Positions 7,301 through 15,031 of a stretch of DNA of 60,539 nt are shown piece after piece. The position numbers were made by a program, and so were the translations under genes. The stretch comes from an uncultured Ardenticatenales bacterium (lineage in GTDB: Bacteria; Chloroflexota; Anaerolineae; Ardenticatenales; JAADHH01): NCBI GenBank assembly GCA_964508275.1, contig CAZDTE010000002.1, forward strand, positions 1-60,539, read 5' to 3'. The notes below the pieces were generated by a model. That model did no database searches. It worked only from the letters and a program-made list of their open reading frames with translations, and was not told the DNA's origin. The stretch's first letter is position 1, and each line of letters starts with the position of its first letter.

Positions 7301-9646
7301 TCACTCGCTCTCCATCCCGGCGACGATTTGTACCTTCGCCAGCAGGAGGCGATCGCCCATCGGGTTCCCGTCCTCGTCGTAGAGAGGCAGCCGCTCACCG
7401 GTCAACGGTTCGTACAGCCCCACTTCGATCTGGTATGAGCCCGGGGGTGCTTGTGGCTGCACAGGCACCCGGTATGCGTCGGCGATCACGCGGTCCGGTG
7501 GCCAGGCCACGAGCGGAAGCTCTCCGCGCAATGGCTCCACGTCCTGCTGCCCCCAGAGGAAGTTCTGTTGCTCGGCGTTGTAGACCTCGCCCAGCAGGTG
7601 TACGAAAACCTTGTACTCCCCGGAGGCCGTCTCCGTAGCCTGCCAGTGTAGCGTGAGCGGGATCGTGTCGCCGGGGCGAAAAGTTGTTGCCGGCAGATCG
7701 TAGCCGGTCAAGCGCAACACGTCGCCAAAACGGATGCGGAGCGGGTGCGCGGGTGGCGCGGGCGATGCACCGCCCACCGGGGATCGCCCGCCGATGGACA
7801 ACGTCGCCAGCGCGACGGACGCGCGCGGCCAGGCCAGTCGCAGGGTGTAGCGGCCTGGCCTGAGCGTGGGCGGGATGCGCAGCGGGTGTCCCGTGCGCAG
7901 GCGAGCGTTGGCAGGGAGGGCGGTCGGGATCGTGGCGTCCAGCGTGGTCTCCGCGCCTTGCGAATCGCGTAGCACCAGGCGGACCGGCTGGGTGACCGGG
8001 CCGGCGGCGCGCCAGTAGAGGGCCAGGTGGATCGTGTCGCCGGCGCGTGCCCGGCGAAGAGGGAGGTCGTAGCCCAGCAACGTCCAACCGTCGTCTCCGG
8101 CCGGCGGGTTGTGGATTTCGACCTGCGGATCGCCTTGTCCCGGCGGCAGCAGGGGGGGACGCGGGCGATCCGGGTCACGGGCGTAGAGCGCTAGCGTGAC
8201 CCGGCCGTAGGAGAATTGCTGTTGCCACGCTGCGTGGTCGGCAAGCCAGCCGGCGATCTGGCCCTGCGGGTCCACGCGCAACGCATCGCGGTTGGTCACC
8301 AGCCAGACGGCGCGCGATTCGGCCCACAACGGCTCGAGCAGGCGAGCGGCGTCGTGGGCCGGCACGGTGGCGCCGTACGGCACACCGGTCCACGATGCGG
8401 CAGGCAAGGCGGCATCGTAGTCGAAGACCGGCCAGTCCCGGTCTGTGTGCAGGACAACCGGCTCGTCGGGCAGGCGAAAGGCGTTCAGCGTTTGGGCCAC
8501 GGACCGGTAGCGATCCTCCGGCCAGCGACCGGCGTAGTAATCGGCAAGTGCCGGGAGCGGAAGCAGGACGGTCAGCGCGATCAGCCCGATCGCCACCCAG
8601 AGGGCCGCGTTGACTCGGGTTGCCTGCCTGTCGAACCAGGCAACCAGGCCCCAGGCGAAGAGCAGGTGGAATGCCGGCAGGAAGAGGACGAGATAGCGTG
8701 CCTGTACCTGAGGGGCGTAGAGGAATCGCAAGGCGGGCGCGGTGCTGAACAGGTAGACGAGCGCCGGGGGCACCAGGATGCCGAGCGCCAGCAGGGTGGC
8801 GATCTGGCCGTGGCGACGACGTTTCGGCCAGGCCATGACCAGGGCGAGCAGGAATAGGATCAGCGAAAGGCCGGCGGCCACGGCCCAGCGATCCAGGCTG
8901 GTGGGGTCGCCGACGGTGAACAGCGTCCAGAAGAGGCGCAGGAACGTCGTCGCGTCGAACGGTTCGGCGACGGACCAGGTGCTGCGCCCGTGCAGGGTGA
9001 CGATCAGCCAGGGGACGAATAGGGCGATCGTCGCCAGTTGGGCCGCGACCCAACGGATGGCCAAGGCTCGCCGGTCCGATCGCCGCCAGATGATCGCGGC
9101 GACCCACAGGTTGGCGACGAGCGGGTAGAGAGCGGAGAGGTAGAACGTGTGCAGGTTGGCTGCTGCCAGCAGGACATACAGTGCGCCGTCTCGCCGTCGG
9201 CCGTGGCGGTAGAAGCGGACGGCTGCGAGCAGCGTGAGCAATCCCAACACGGTGGCCAGCGTGTACATGCGCATCTCCTGCGACCACCAGATCGCGAAGC
9301 GGGAGAGGGCAGCCAGCGTGGCGGCGAGAAGGCCGGCCCGCGGACCCAGCCAACCGGTGCCCAGGCGGAAGACCAACGCCACAATCAGTACGCCGCCGGC
9401 GACGGAGACGAAGCGCAGGGCGAAGGTCGTTTCGCCGGCCAGGTGTTGCCAGGGCCAGAGGAGCAGGAAGTAGAGCGGCGGATGCACATCGCGGGAGGCA
9501 AGGGAGGGGACGGCGCCGAGCGGATGGCGGATCAGCCAGACGGTCCAGCCTTCATCCCACCAGACCGGCGCACCACCCAGCAGGTGCAGGCGCAGGGCGA
9601 AGGCGATCAGCAGGAGGGGGATCATCCAGCGGTTTGTTCGGGTCAC
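7301..9646 (-). CDS. GT-C membrane glycosyltransferase (GT39/ArnT-PMT-like) with a duplicated C-terminal extracytoplasmic beta-domain
   Basis: 781 aa. About 12 hydrophobic segments, an acidic first-loop motif VWWDEGW after TM1, then two copies of a GY-L-x-GD-L-L-YW(Q/R) module in the last ~270 aa. Confidence 0.85.
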   Translation of the reverse strand: MTRTNRWMIPLLLIAFALRLHLLGGAPVWWDEGWTVWLIRHPLGAVPSLASRDVHPPLYFLLLWPWQHLAGETTFALRFVSVAGGVLIVALVFRLGTGWLGPRAGLLAATLAALSRFAIWWSQEMRMYTLATVLGLLTLLAAVRFYRHGRRRDGALYVLLAAANLHTFYLSALYPLVANLWVAAIIWRRSDRRALAIRWVAAQLATIALFVPWLIVTLHGRSTWSVAEPFDATTFLRLFWTLFTVGDPTSLDRWAVAAGLSLILFLLALVMAWPKRRRHGQIATLLALGILVPPALVYLFSTAPALRFLYAPQVQARYLVLFLPAFHLLFAWGLVAWFDRQATRVNAALWVAIGLIALTVLLPLPALADYYAGRWPEDRYRSVAQTLNAFRLPDEPVVLHTDRDWPVFDYDAALPAASWTGVPYGATVPAHDAARLLEPLWAESRAVWLVTNRDALRVDPQGQIAGWLADHAAWQQQFSYGRVTLALYARDPDRPRPPLLPPGQGDPQVEIHNPPAGDDGWTLLGYDLPLRRARAGDTIHLALYWRAAGPVTQPVRLVLRDSQGAETTLDATIPTALPANARLRTGHPLRIPPTLRPGRYTLRLAWPRASVALATLSIGGRSPVGGASPAPPAHPLRIRFGDVLRLTGYDLPATTFRPGDTIPLTLHWQATETASGEYKVFVHLLGEVYNAEQQNFLWGQQDVEPLRGELPLVAWPPDRVIADAYRVPVQPQAPPGSYQIEVGLYEPLTGERLPLYDEDGNPMGDRLLLAKVQIVAGMESE

Positions 9647-9660
9647 GGATATTCGCTGCC

Positions 9661-9688
9661 TTGCGGTTCTGTCTGAACGTGATATAAT
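9661..9688 (+). promoter_or_regulatory. Sigma70-type promoter of sbcD (TTGCGG-16-TGaTATAAT)
   Basis: Extended -10 at 9680-9688. Sits in the divergent intergenic region between the GT39-like gene and sbcD. Confidence 0.5.
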
Positions 9689-9767
9689 TGTGATGTCTCT
9701 GATGCACAGTCAGTGCAGCAGCATTGTATCACACAGCGGCGAGTAGTGTCAAGCGGAGTGACCGGCA

Positions 9768-10994
9768 ATGATCCGCGTTTTGCACCTCGGTGACATCCAC
9801 ATCGGCACGGAAAACTACGGACGGATTGATCCCGCCACAGGTGTGAACAGTCGCGTGTTGGATTTCTTGCGCCGGCTGGACGAGGCGATTGGCTTCGCTC
9901 TGGCTGAGGACGTAGACCTGGTGCTGTTCGCCGGCGACATCTACAAGTCGCGCGATCCCAACTCCACCTACCGCCGCGAGTTTGCCAAACGAGTCAAACG
10001 TCTGTCCGATGCCGGGCTGCCGGTGGTATTGCTGGTCGGCAATCACGATCAGCCGAGCGTGCACCGGCGAGCCAGTAGCATCGAACTGTTCCGCACGCTG
10101 GATGTGCCCGGCGTCTACGTCACCGACAAGGAGACGCTGCACCACATCGAGACTAAGCGCGGCCCGATTCAGGTCGCCGCCGTGCCCTATCCGGCCAAGA
10201 GTCGACTGCTCACGCGTGACGAGTATCGCAACAAAACGATCGACGAGATCCACGCTGCCCTGCTGGACATCATAGGGGAGAACGTGAACGAACTCGCCGA
10301 TAGGGTCGATCCTGATATCCCGACCGTTCTGCTGGCGCATGTATCCGTGGCTGGCGCGAAAGCCGGCAGCGAGCGCAGCATCATGCTGGGCTACGACCCG
10401 GTCGTGCTGAAGAGCGTTCTGCTGAACCCGACGTTCGACTACGTGGCCCTGGGCCACATCCACAAACACCAGAACCTGAACGAAGGGGGCCACCCGCCGA
10501 TCGTTTACTGCGGCAGCATCGAGCGGGTTGATTTTGGGGAGGAGAAGGAGGAGAAGGGCATGGTGTTGGCGGAGGTGGCGCGTGGCGAGACCACCGTGCG
10601 GTTCGTTCCCCTTCATGCTCGCCCCTTTGTCACTGTCCGTGTGGACGCGCGGGAGGTGTCCGATCCCACGGAGGCGGTCATGGCAGAGATGGTGGCGCAC
10701 GAACTGCGCGATGCTGTGGTGCGGCTCTTCGTCCGATTGCGCCCGGAGCAAGCGCCGATGCTGGACGAGAACCACATTCGGCGGGCGCTGGCCGATGCGT
10801 TCTTCGTGGCCGCCATCAACCGGGAAGTGGAAAGCGACGATTCCCTCCGCCTGCGCTTCAGCGGGGACTTCGTGGAACAAGCCACCCCCCGCGAAATGCT
10901 GGAGCGGTACATGATCAGCAAAGAGGTGCCGGAGGATCGGGCGAAGGTGCTGCTCGCTTACGCAGAGCAAGTCTTCGCGGACGTCAACTCGTGA
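9768..10994 (+). CDS. sbcD: Mre11/SbcD-family nuclease (metallophosphoesterase)
   Basis: 408 aa with the calcineurin-like phosphoesterase motifs HLGDIH, GDIY, GNHD and GHIH. No SbcC/Rad50-like ATPase gene follows it. Confidence 0.88.
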   Translation: MIRVLHLGDIHIGTENYGRIDPATGVNSRVLDFLRRLDEAIGFALAEDVDLVLFAGDIYKSRDPNSTYRREFAKRVKRLSDAGLPVVLLVGNHDQPSVHRRASSIELFRTLDVPGVYVTDKETLHHIETKRGPIQVAAVPYPAKSRLLTRDEYRNKTIDEIHAALLDIIGENVNELADRVDPDIPTVLLAHVSVAGAKAGSERSIMLGYDPVVLKSVLLNPTFDYVALGHIHKHQNLNEGGHPPIVYCGSIERVDFGEEKEEKGMVLAEVARGETTVRFVPLHARPFVTVRVDAREVSDPTEAVMAEMVAHELRDAVVRLFVRLRPEQAPMLDENHIRRALADAFFVAAINREVESDDSLRLRFSGDFVEQATPREMLERYMISKEVPEDRAKVLLAYAEQVFADVNS

Positions 10995-11033
10995 GCCGGC
11001 CCATGGCGCGTGGACGGGTGAGTGATCCTGTCC

Positions 11034-11062
11034 TTGACATCCGGTCATAAGTGACCTATAAT
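11034..11062 (+). promoter_or_regulatory. Perfect consensus sigma70 promoter (TTGACA-17-TATAAT)
   Basis: TTGACA at 11034-11039 and TATAAT at 11057-11062 with an exact 17-nt spacer. Lies in an AT-richer non-coding island. Confidence 0.7.
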
Positions 11063-11068
11063 ATGGTA

Positions 11069-11279
11069 GGTGAAGATTGGCACAGACCTGACAGGCTAAA
11101 GAACATGGTGCGTACCTGGCCCCGAACCGACACACGGCGGTATATGCACTCGTCCGACAAGCAGTACGTTGATTCGCACATCCTCCCTATCCTGAAGAGA
11201 ATTTGTTCTGCCCAGAGACACAGACGGCCTCGGATCGATACTCCACAAGCGGAGTAGAAGACGAGGCTGTCTGTTTTTT
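11069..11279 (+). ncRNA. Candidate ~210-nt small RNA or terminator-controlled 5' leader (family not recognised)
   Basis: Bounded by the consensus promoter and an intrinsic terminator. No credible ORF inside. Contains the CU-rich motif CAUCCUCCCUAUCC (11179-11192). Confidence 0.45.
11221..11279 (+). terminator. Rho-independent terminator (12-bp stem with a nested hairpin, then T6)
   Basis: CAGACGGCCTCG (11221-11232) pairs with CGAGGCTGTCTG (11262-11273) with one mismatch. There is an internal TACTCC..GGAGTA hairpin, followed by TTTTTT at 11274-11279. Confidence 0.7.
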
Positions 11280-11465
11280 GGCGATGAGGAGCGGAGGGAG
11301 GTCGGCCACCCGTGCCATGTTGGCGGCGCAACCGCAACAAAGGAGGTGATGTGACACACGGGTACAGGGATCAGTTCCGCAAGCGTGGTGGTGTGTGAAA
11401 GACGAAGTGACGGAAAAAAGAAGTCCTTAAACAAAGACACGGTTCATGCTTAGGAGCAAGAAGGA

Positions 11466-12536
11466 ATGATCGGTACAGAAGGGAATCCTTGGACTCAAGA
11501 TAGCGACAGTGAAGGGTATTGGCAGGCTCTCCTGCAGCAGGGATCGAAGGTTTCACGGCAGGTTCCTTCACAGTCTCCGGTGGAACCGGCGGCACGGCAG
11601 GCGGAGGTGATCTTCCCAGAGCAGGGGACGAAGATCGGGAAGAATGGCGCAGACGAAGATTTCATTTCGTTCCAAGCGAAAGAGGAAGGGTGGCGGCGGC
11701 TGCAATCCTGCTACCGAGAAGGGGATGTTCTAGAGTTGCTGGCGCAAAGCCACAATCGAGGAGGCTTGCTGGTCGATTGTGACGGTGTCCAGGGCTTTGT
11801 ACCTGCTTCGCAATTGTTGGATATGGGGTCCCAGATCAACAGCCAGGACGGGCGAGATTCGTACCTCAGTGGTCGTGTGGGCGAACACCTTGACCTGAAA
11901 ATCATCGAGTTGGATCGGGATGCCGAACGGGTCATCTTGTCTGAGCGAGCAGCAAAATGGGAGGGCAAATGCCCGGACAGCATTCTCGAGTCTCTAGTCC
12001 CTGGAGATGTCTGCTGCGGACGGGTCAGCAATTTGTGCAGTTTCGGCGCGTTCGTTGATCTGGGTGGCGTCGACGGGCTGGTCCACGTTTCCGAATTGTC
12101 GTGGCAGCGCGTCGATCACCCCCGCGACCTCCTGAAACCCGGTCAGGAGATCGAGGTCTACGTCATGGAAGTTGACTGCGAGCGCAAACGAGTGGCCCTA
12201 AGCCTGAAACGGTTGCAGCCCGACCCGTGGGATCGCGTTGAGGAGCGGTATCGGGTTGGCCAGACGGTGACAGGGGTGGTCACCAATGTTGTGGACTTTG
12301 GTGCTTTCGTCCAGGTTGAAGATGGCCTCGAAGGTCTGGTACATATTTCCGAACTGGCAGAAGGGAACTTCCTGCACCCACGTAACGTGGTGGAGGAAAC
12401 CGATGTCGTTACAGCCCGCATTGTGCATATAGACGGTGCTGCCCACCGGCTAGGACTCAGCCTGCGCCAGGTCTACAGCAGCGGTGCGGCGGTTTCCGAA
12501 GATACGGCTGGAGATGCCAACCCAGTCTCCTGGTGA
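11466..12536 (+). CDS. S1 RNA-binding domain protein (three S1 domains, atypical ~90-aa N-terminus)
   Basis: 356 aa with three S1-like blocks: GDVLELLAQ..GGLLVDCDGVQGFVPASQL, GDVCCGRVSNLCSFGAFVDLGGVDGLVHVSEL and GQTVTGVVTNVVDFGAFVQVEDGLEGLVHISEL. Confidence 0.85.
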   Translation: MIGTEGNPWTQDSDSEGYWQALLQQGSKVSRQVPSQSPVEPAARQAEVIFPEQGTKIGKNGADEDFISFQAKEEGWRRLQSCYREGDVLELLAQSHNRGGLLVDCDGVQGFVPASQLLDMGSQINSQDGRDSYLSGRVGEHLDLKIIELDRDAERVILSERAAKWEGKCPDSILESLVPGDVCCGRVSNLCSFGAFVDLGGVDGLVHVSELSWQRVDHPRDLLKPGQEIEVYVMEVDCERKRVALSLKRLQPDPWDRVEERYRVGQTVTGVVTNVVDFGAFVQVEDGLEGLVHISELAEGNFLHPRNVVEETDVVTARIVHIDGAAHRLGLSLRQVYSSGAAVSEDTAGDANPVSW

Positions 12537-14931
12537 AGAGGCGACGCTCCCGGAGCAATCCCCAGTCTCCCTGGGACCGAATGCGCAGTGGGACATTGTG
12601 GGGTTGCTCTTGGCTGCGTCCGGAATCGTCTCCCTCCTTTCCCTCTTTGAGATTGCCCCAGGCGCGCTGAGTCTGCGCTGGGCTTCCATCCTCCGTTTCC
12701 TTTTCGGGTGGGCAGCCTATCCTTTGGCTGGTGCGGCCGTCCTGGGGGGGCTGGCTCTGATCATCGCCCGCGTGGATGAGTCGCCGGCCGTACCGGTGCG
12801 CAGGATAGTGGGCGCCGAACTGGCCATCCTGGCTCTCTTGGGTTTGTTCCACCTGGCGATTCCTGGCCGCGACTCCTACTTGCTGGCCAGTCACGGGGAA
12901 GGGGGTGGCGTGATTGGCTGGGCGGTTGGCAGGGTTCTGACCGACTACTTCGGTTTGTGGGGTGGTCTGGCCGCGTTGGTTGGTCTGAGCGCTGCCGGCA
13001 TCGTGTTGGCACTGAACATCTCCGCGAGGCGGATACAGGCCTGGCTCGACCGACTCGCCGACCGGGCGGCCGGGACGGCTCGCCAGATGCGGACTCTGCG
13101 GGATCCGACGCTCGTTGATGAGATTCCGCCGACCGACTCGATCCCGCTGGACGAGGAAGCCCCACCCGCCTTAGAAGATGCGCCAGTCCCGGTCGCAGCT
13201 TCCACTTCCTCTCCCGCCAAGGTCACGAGCAAAACGGAAGGGCAGAAGCCTTCTCTGGGGTCTGCGCCCACGAAGAAGGCTGTGGTCGCGGCTTCTTCAA
13301 AACGTTCACCGACCCACCGTAGGGCCCGGCGAGCGAAACGTCGGAAGATGAAACCGCCGACCCTCAAACTTCTCCACCGGGCCAAAGGTCAGGACTTTAG
13401 TGCGACCGACGCGCGTGCCAAGGCGAAGCTGATCGAGGAAACACTGGCCAGCTTCGGCGTGCCGGCGAAGGTCGTGGAGGTCAATCCCGGTCCCACGGTT
13501 ACGCAGTTCGGGGTGAAGCCGGGCTATCTGGAGCGCAGAGATCGCAGCGGGAAAGTGGTCCGCCGCAAGGTGAAGGTCAGTAAGATCACCTCGCTGGCCG
13601 ATGATCTGGCGCTGGCCCTGGCCGCACAATCCGTGCGCATCGAGGCCCCGGTGCCCGGCCGCCCTGTTGTCGGCATTGAGGTTCCGAACAGTGCTGCCGC
13701 CCTGGTCTCGCTGCGAGGGGTGATGGAGTCGAACGCGTTCCGCCGGCTGAAGGCACCGCTCCGCATTGCTCTGGGGCGAAACGTCGCCGGGACGCCGGTC
13801 GTCGCGGACCTGACGGCCATGCCGCACCTGCTGATTGCTGGAGCCACCGGATCGGGAAAATCGGTCTGCATCAACAGTATTGTCGCTGCCCTGCTCTTCC
13901 GTCACCCGCCGGAGACGCTGCACCTGATCATGATTGATCCCAAGATGGTGGAGTTGGTGAATTTCAACGGCATTCCCCATTTACTCTCCCCCGTGATCGT
14001 GGAACTGGAGCAAGTCGTCGGCGCGCTGACCTGGGCCATGCACGAGATGGAGGAACGCTACAAGCGGTTCGCCAAATTGGGTGTGCGCAACCTGACCACC
14101 TACAACCAGGCGATGGCGAAACAGCGTGGGGAACAATTGCCTTACGTCGTCATCGTCATTGACGAGTTGGCGGACCTGATGATGTCCGCTCCGGAGGCCA
14201 TCGAACGCCTGATCTGTCGCATCGCCCAGATGGCACGTGCGACCGGCATTCATCTGGTCATTGCCACGCAGCGACCGAGCGTGGACGTGGTCACCGGCTT
14301 GATCAAGGCGAACTTCCCGGCGCGAATCAGTTTCGCCGTCACCAGCATGGTAGACTCGCGGGTGGTCCTGGACATGCCGGGGGCCGAGAAGTTGTTGGGG
14401 CGAGGCGACATGCTTTTCCAGGCCCCCGATGCCCCGGCCCCCGTACGTCTGCAAGGTTGCTTCGTGTCGGACGAGGAACTGGACGCCCTGGTTGAGTACT
14501 GGGTGGCCCAGTCGCAGCCGGACGAGGACGCGCCGGAGGATGTCCCCTGGCAGGACATCGACGTCACACTGCTGGAGGAAGGAGAGGACGATTTGCTGCC
14601 CCAGGCCATTGGCCTGGCTCACGAACACGGCCAGATCTCGGCCTCCTTCCTGCAGCGCAGGCTGCGCATTGGCTACAACCGGGCCTCCCGGCTGATGGAC
14701 ACGCTCGAATCGCGGGGCATTGTCGGCCCTGTGCAGAGCGGCGGCCGGCCTCGGGATGTGCTCTCTCTTTCTCCTGCGGATGAGGAACCGGAACCGATCG
14801 AGGCAACGCCAGCGCAGCCGCCGGAACAGGCCGCGCCAGTGACCGGCGCGGAGCCACCCGCCTCCGAACCGCAGGAGGGGGTCGTAACCTGGTGGGGCGA
14901 CGATGTCGAAGACGAGGAAGAAGACGAGTAG
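12514..14931 (+). CDS. ftsK: DNA translocase FtsK/SpoIIIE
   Basis: N-terminal TM segments, a Pro/Ala/Lys linker, a motor domain with Walker A GATGSGKS and Walker B VIVIDELADL, and a C-terminal gamma winged helix (LQRRLRIGYNRASRLMDTLE). The start is uncertain: ATG 12514 or the ORF start at 12484. Confidence 0.92.
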   Translation: MPTQSPGEEATLPEQSPVSLGPNAQWDIVGLLLAASGIVSLLSLFEIAPGALSLRWASILRFLFGWAAYPLAGAAVLGGLALIIARVDESPAVPVRRIVGAELAILALLGLFHLAIPGRDSYLLASHGEGGGVIGWAVGRVLTDYFGLWGGLAALVGLSAAGIVLALNISARRIQAWLDRLADRAAGTARQMRTLRDPTLVDEIPPTDSIPLDEEAPPALEDAPVPVAASTSSPAKVTSKTEGQKPSLGSAPTKKAVVAASSKRSPTHRRARRAKRRKMKPPTLKLLHRAKGQDFSATDARAKAKLIEETLASFGVPAKVVEVNPGPTVTQFGVKPGYLERRDRSGKVVRRKVKVSKITSLADDLALALAAQSVRIEAPVPGRPVVGIEVPNSAAALVSLRGVMESNAFRRLKAPLRIALGRNVAGTPVVADLTAMPHLLIAGATGSGKSVCINSIVAALLFRHPPETLHLIMIDPKMVELVNFNGIPHLLSPVIVELEQVVGALTWAMHEMEERYKRFAKLGVRNLTTYNQAMAKQRGEQLPYVVIVIDELADLMMSAPEAIERLICRIAQMARATGIHLVIATQRPSVDVVTGLIKANFPARISFAVTSMVDSRVVLDMPGAEKLLGRGDMLFQAPDAPAPVRLQGCFVSDEELDALVEYWVAQSQPDEDAPEDVPWQDIDVTLLEEGEDDLLPQAIGLAHEHGQISASFLQRRLRIGYNRASRLMDTLESRGIVGPVQSGGRPRDVLSLSPADEEPEPIEATPAQPPEQAAPVTGAEPPASEPQEGVVTWWGDDVEDEEEDE

Positions 14932-15031
14932 CCGGATCGCAAGCGTCTGATGATGCCAGTCGTCGGCCCTGGGGCGATACCGCCGCAGGGTGAGAAGGCG
15001 CGAGATCAAACCCCGAACTGAGGTGTACCCC

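Noticed and set aside
11105-11125. A T-box-like GGUGCGUACC motif in the candidate RNA
   Set aside because: It lies at the 5' end of the RNA rather than next to the terminator. I saw no specifier-loop or AGAGA features, and the downstream gene is not an aaRS or amino-acid gene.
9729-11135. A 468-aa minus-strand ORF
   Set aside because: It lies antisense to sbcD, and its 5' part runs across the consensus promoter and the AT-rich island.
11351-11398. A 15-codon mini-ORF (GTG ACA CAC ... TGA) just after AAAGGAGGTGAT, considered as a possible leader peptide
   Set aside because: It is very short, has no runs of a regulatory amino acid, and sits only about 4 nt from the SD core. I cannot support it beyond the RBS-like sequence.
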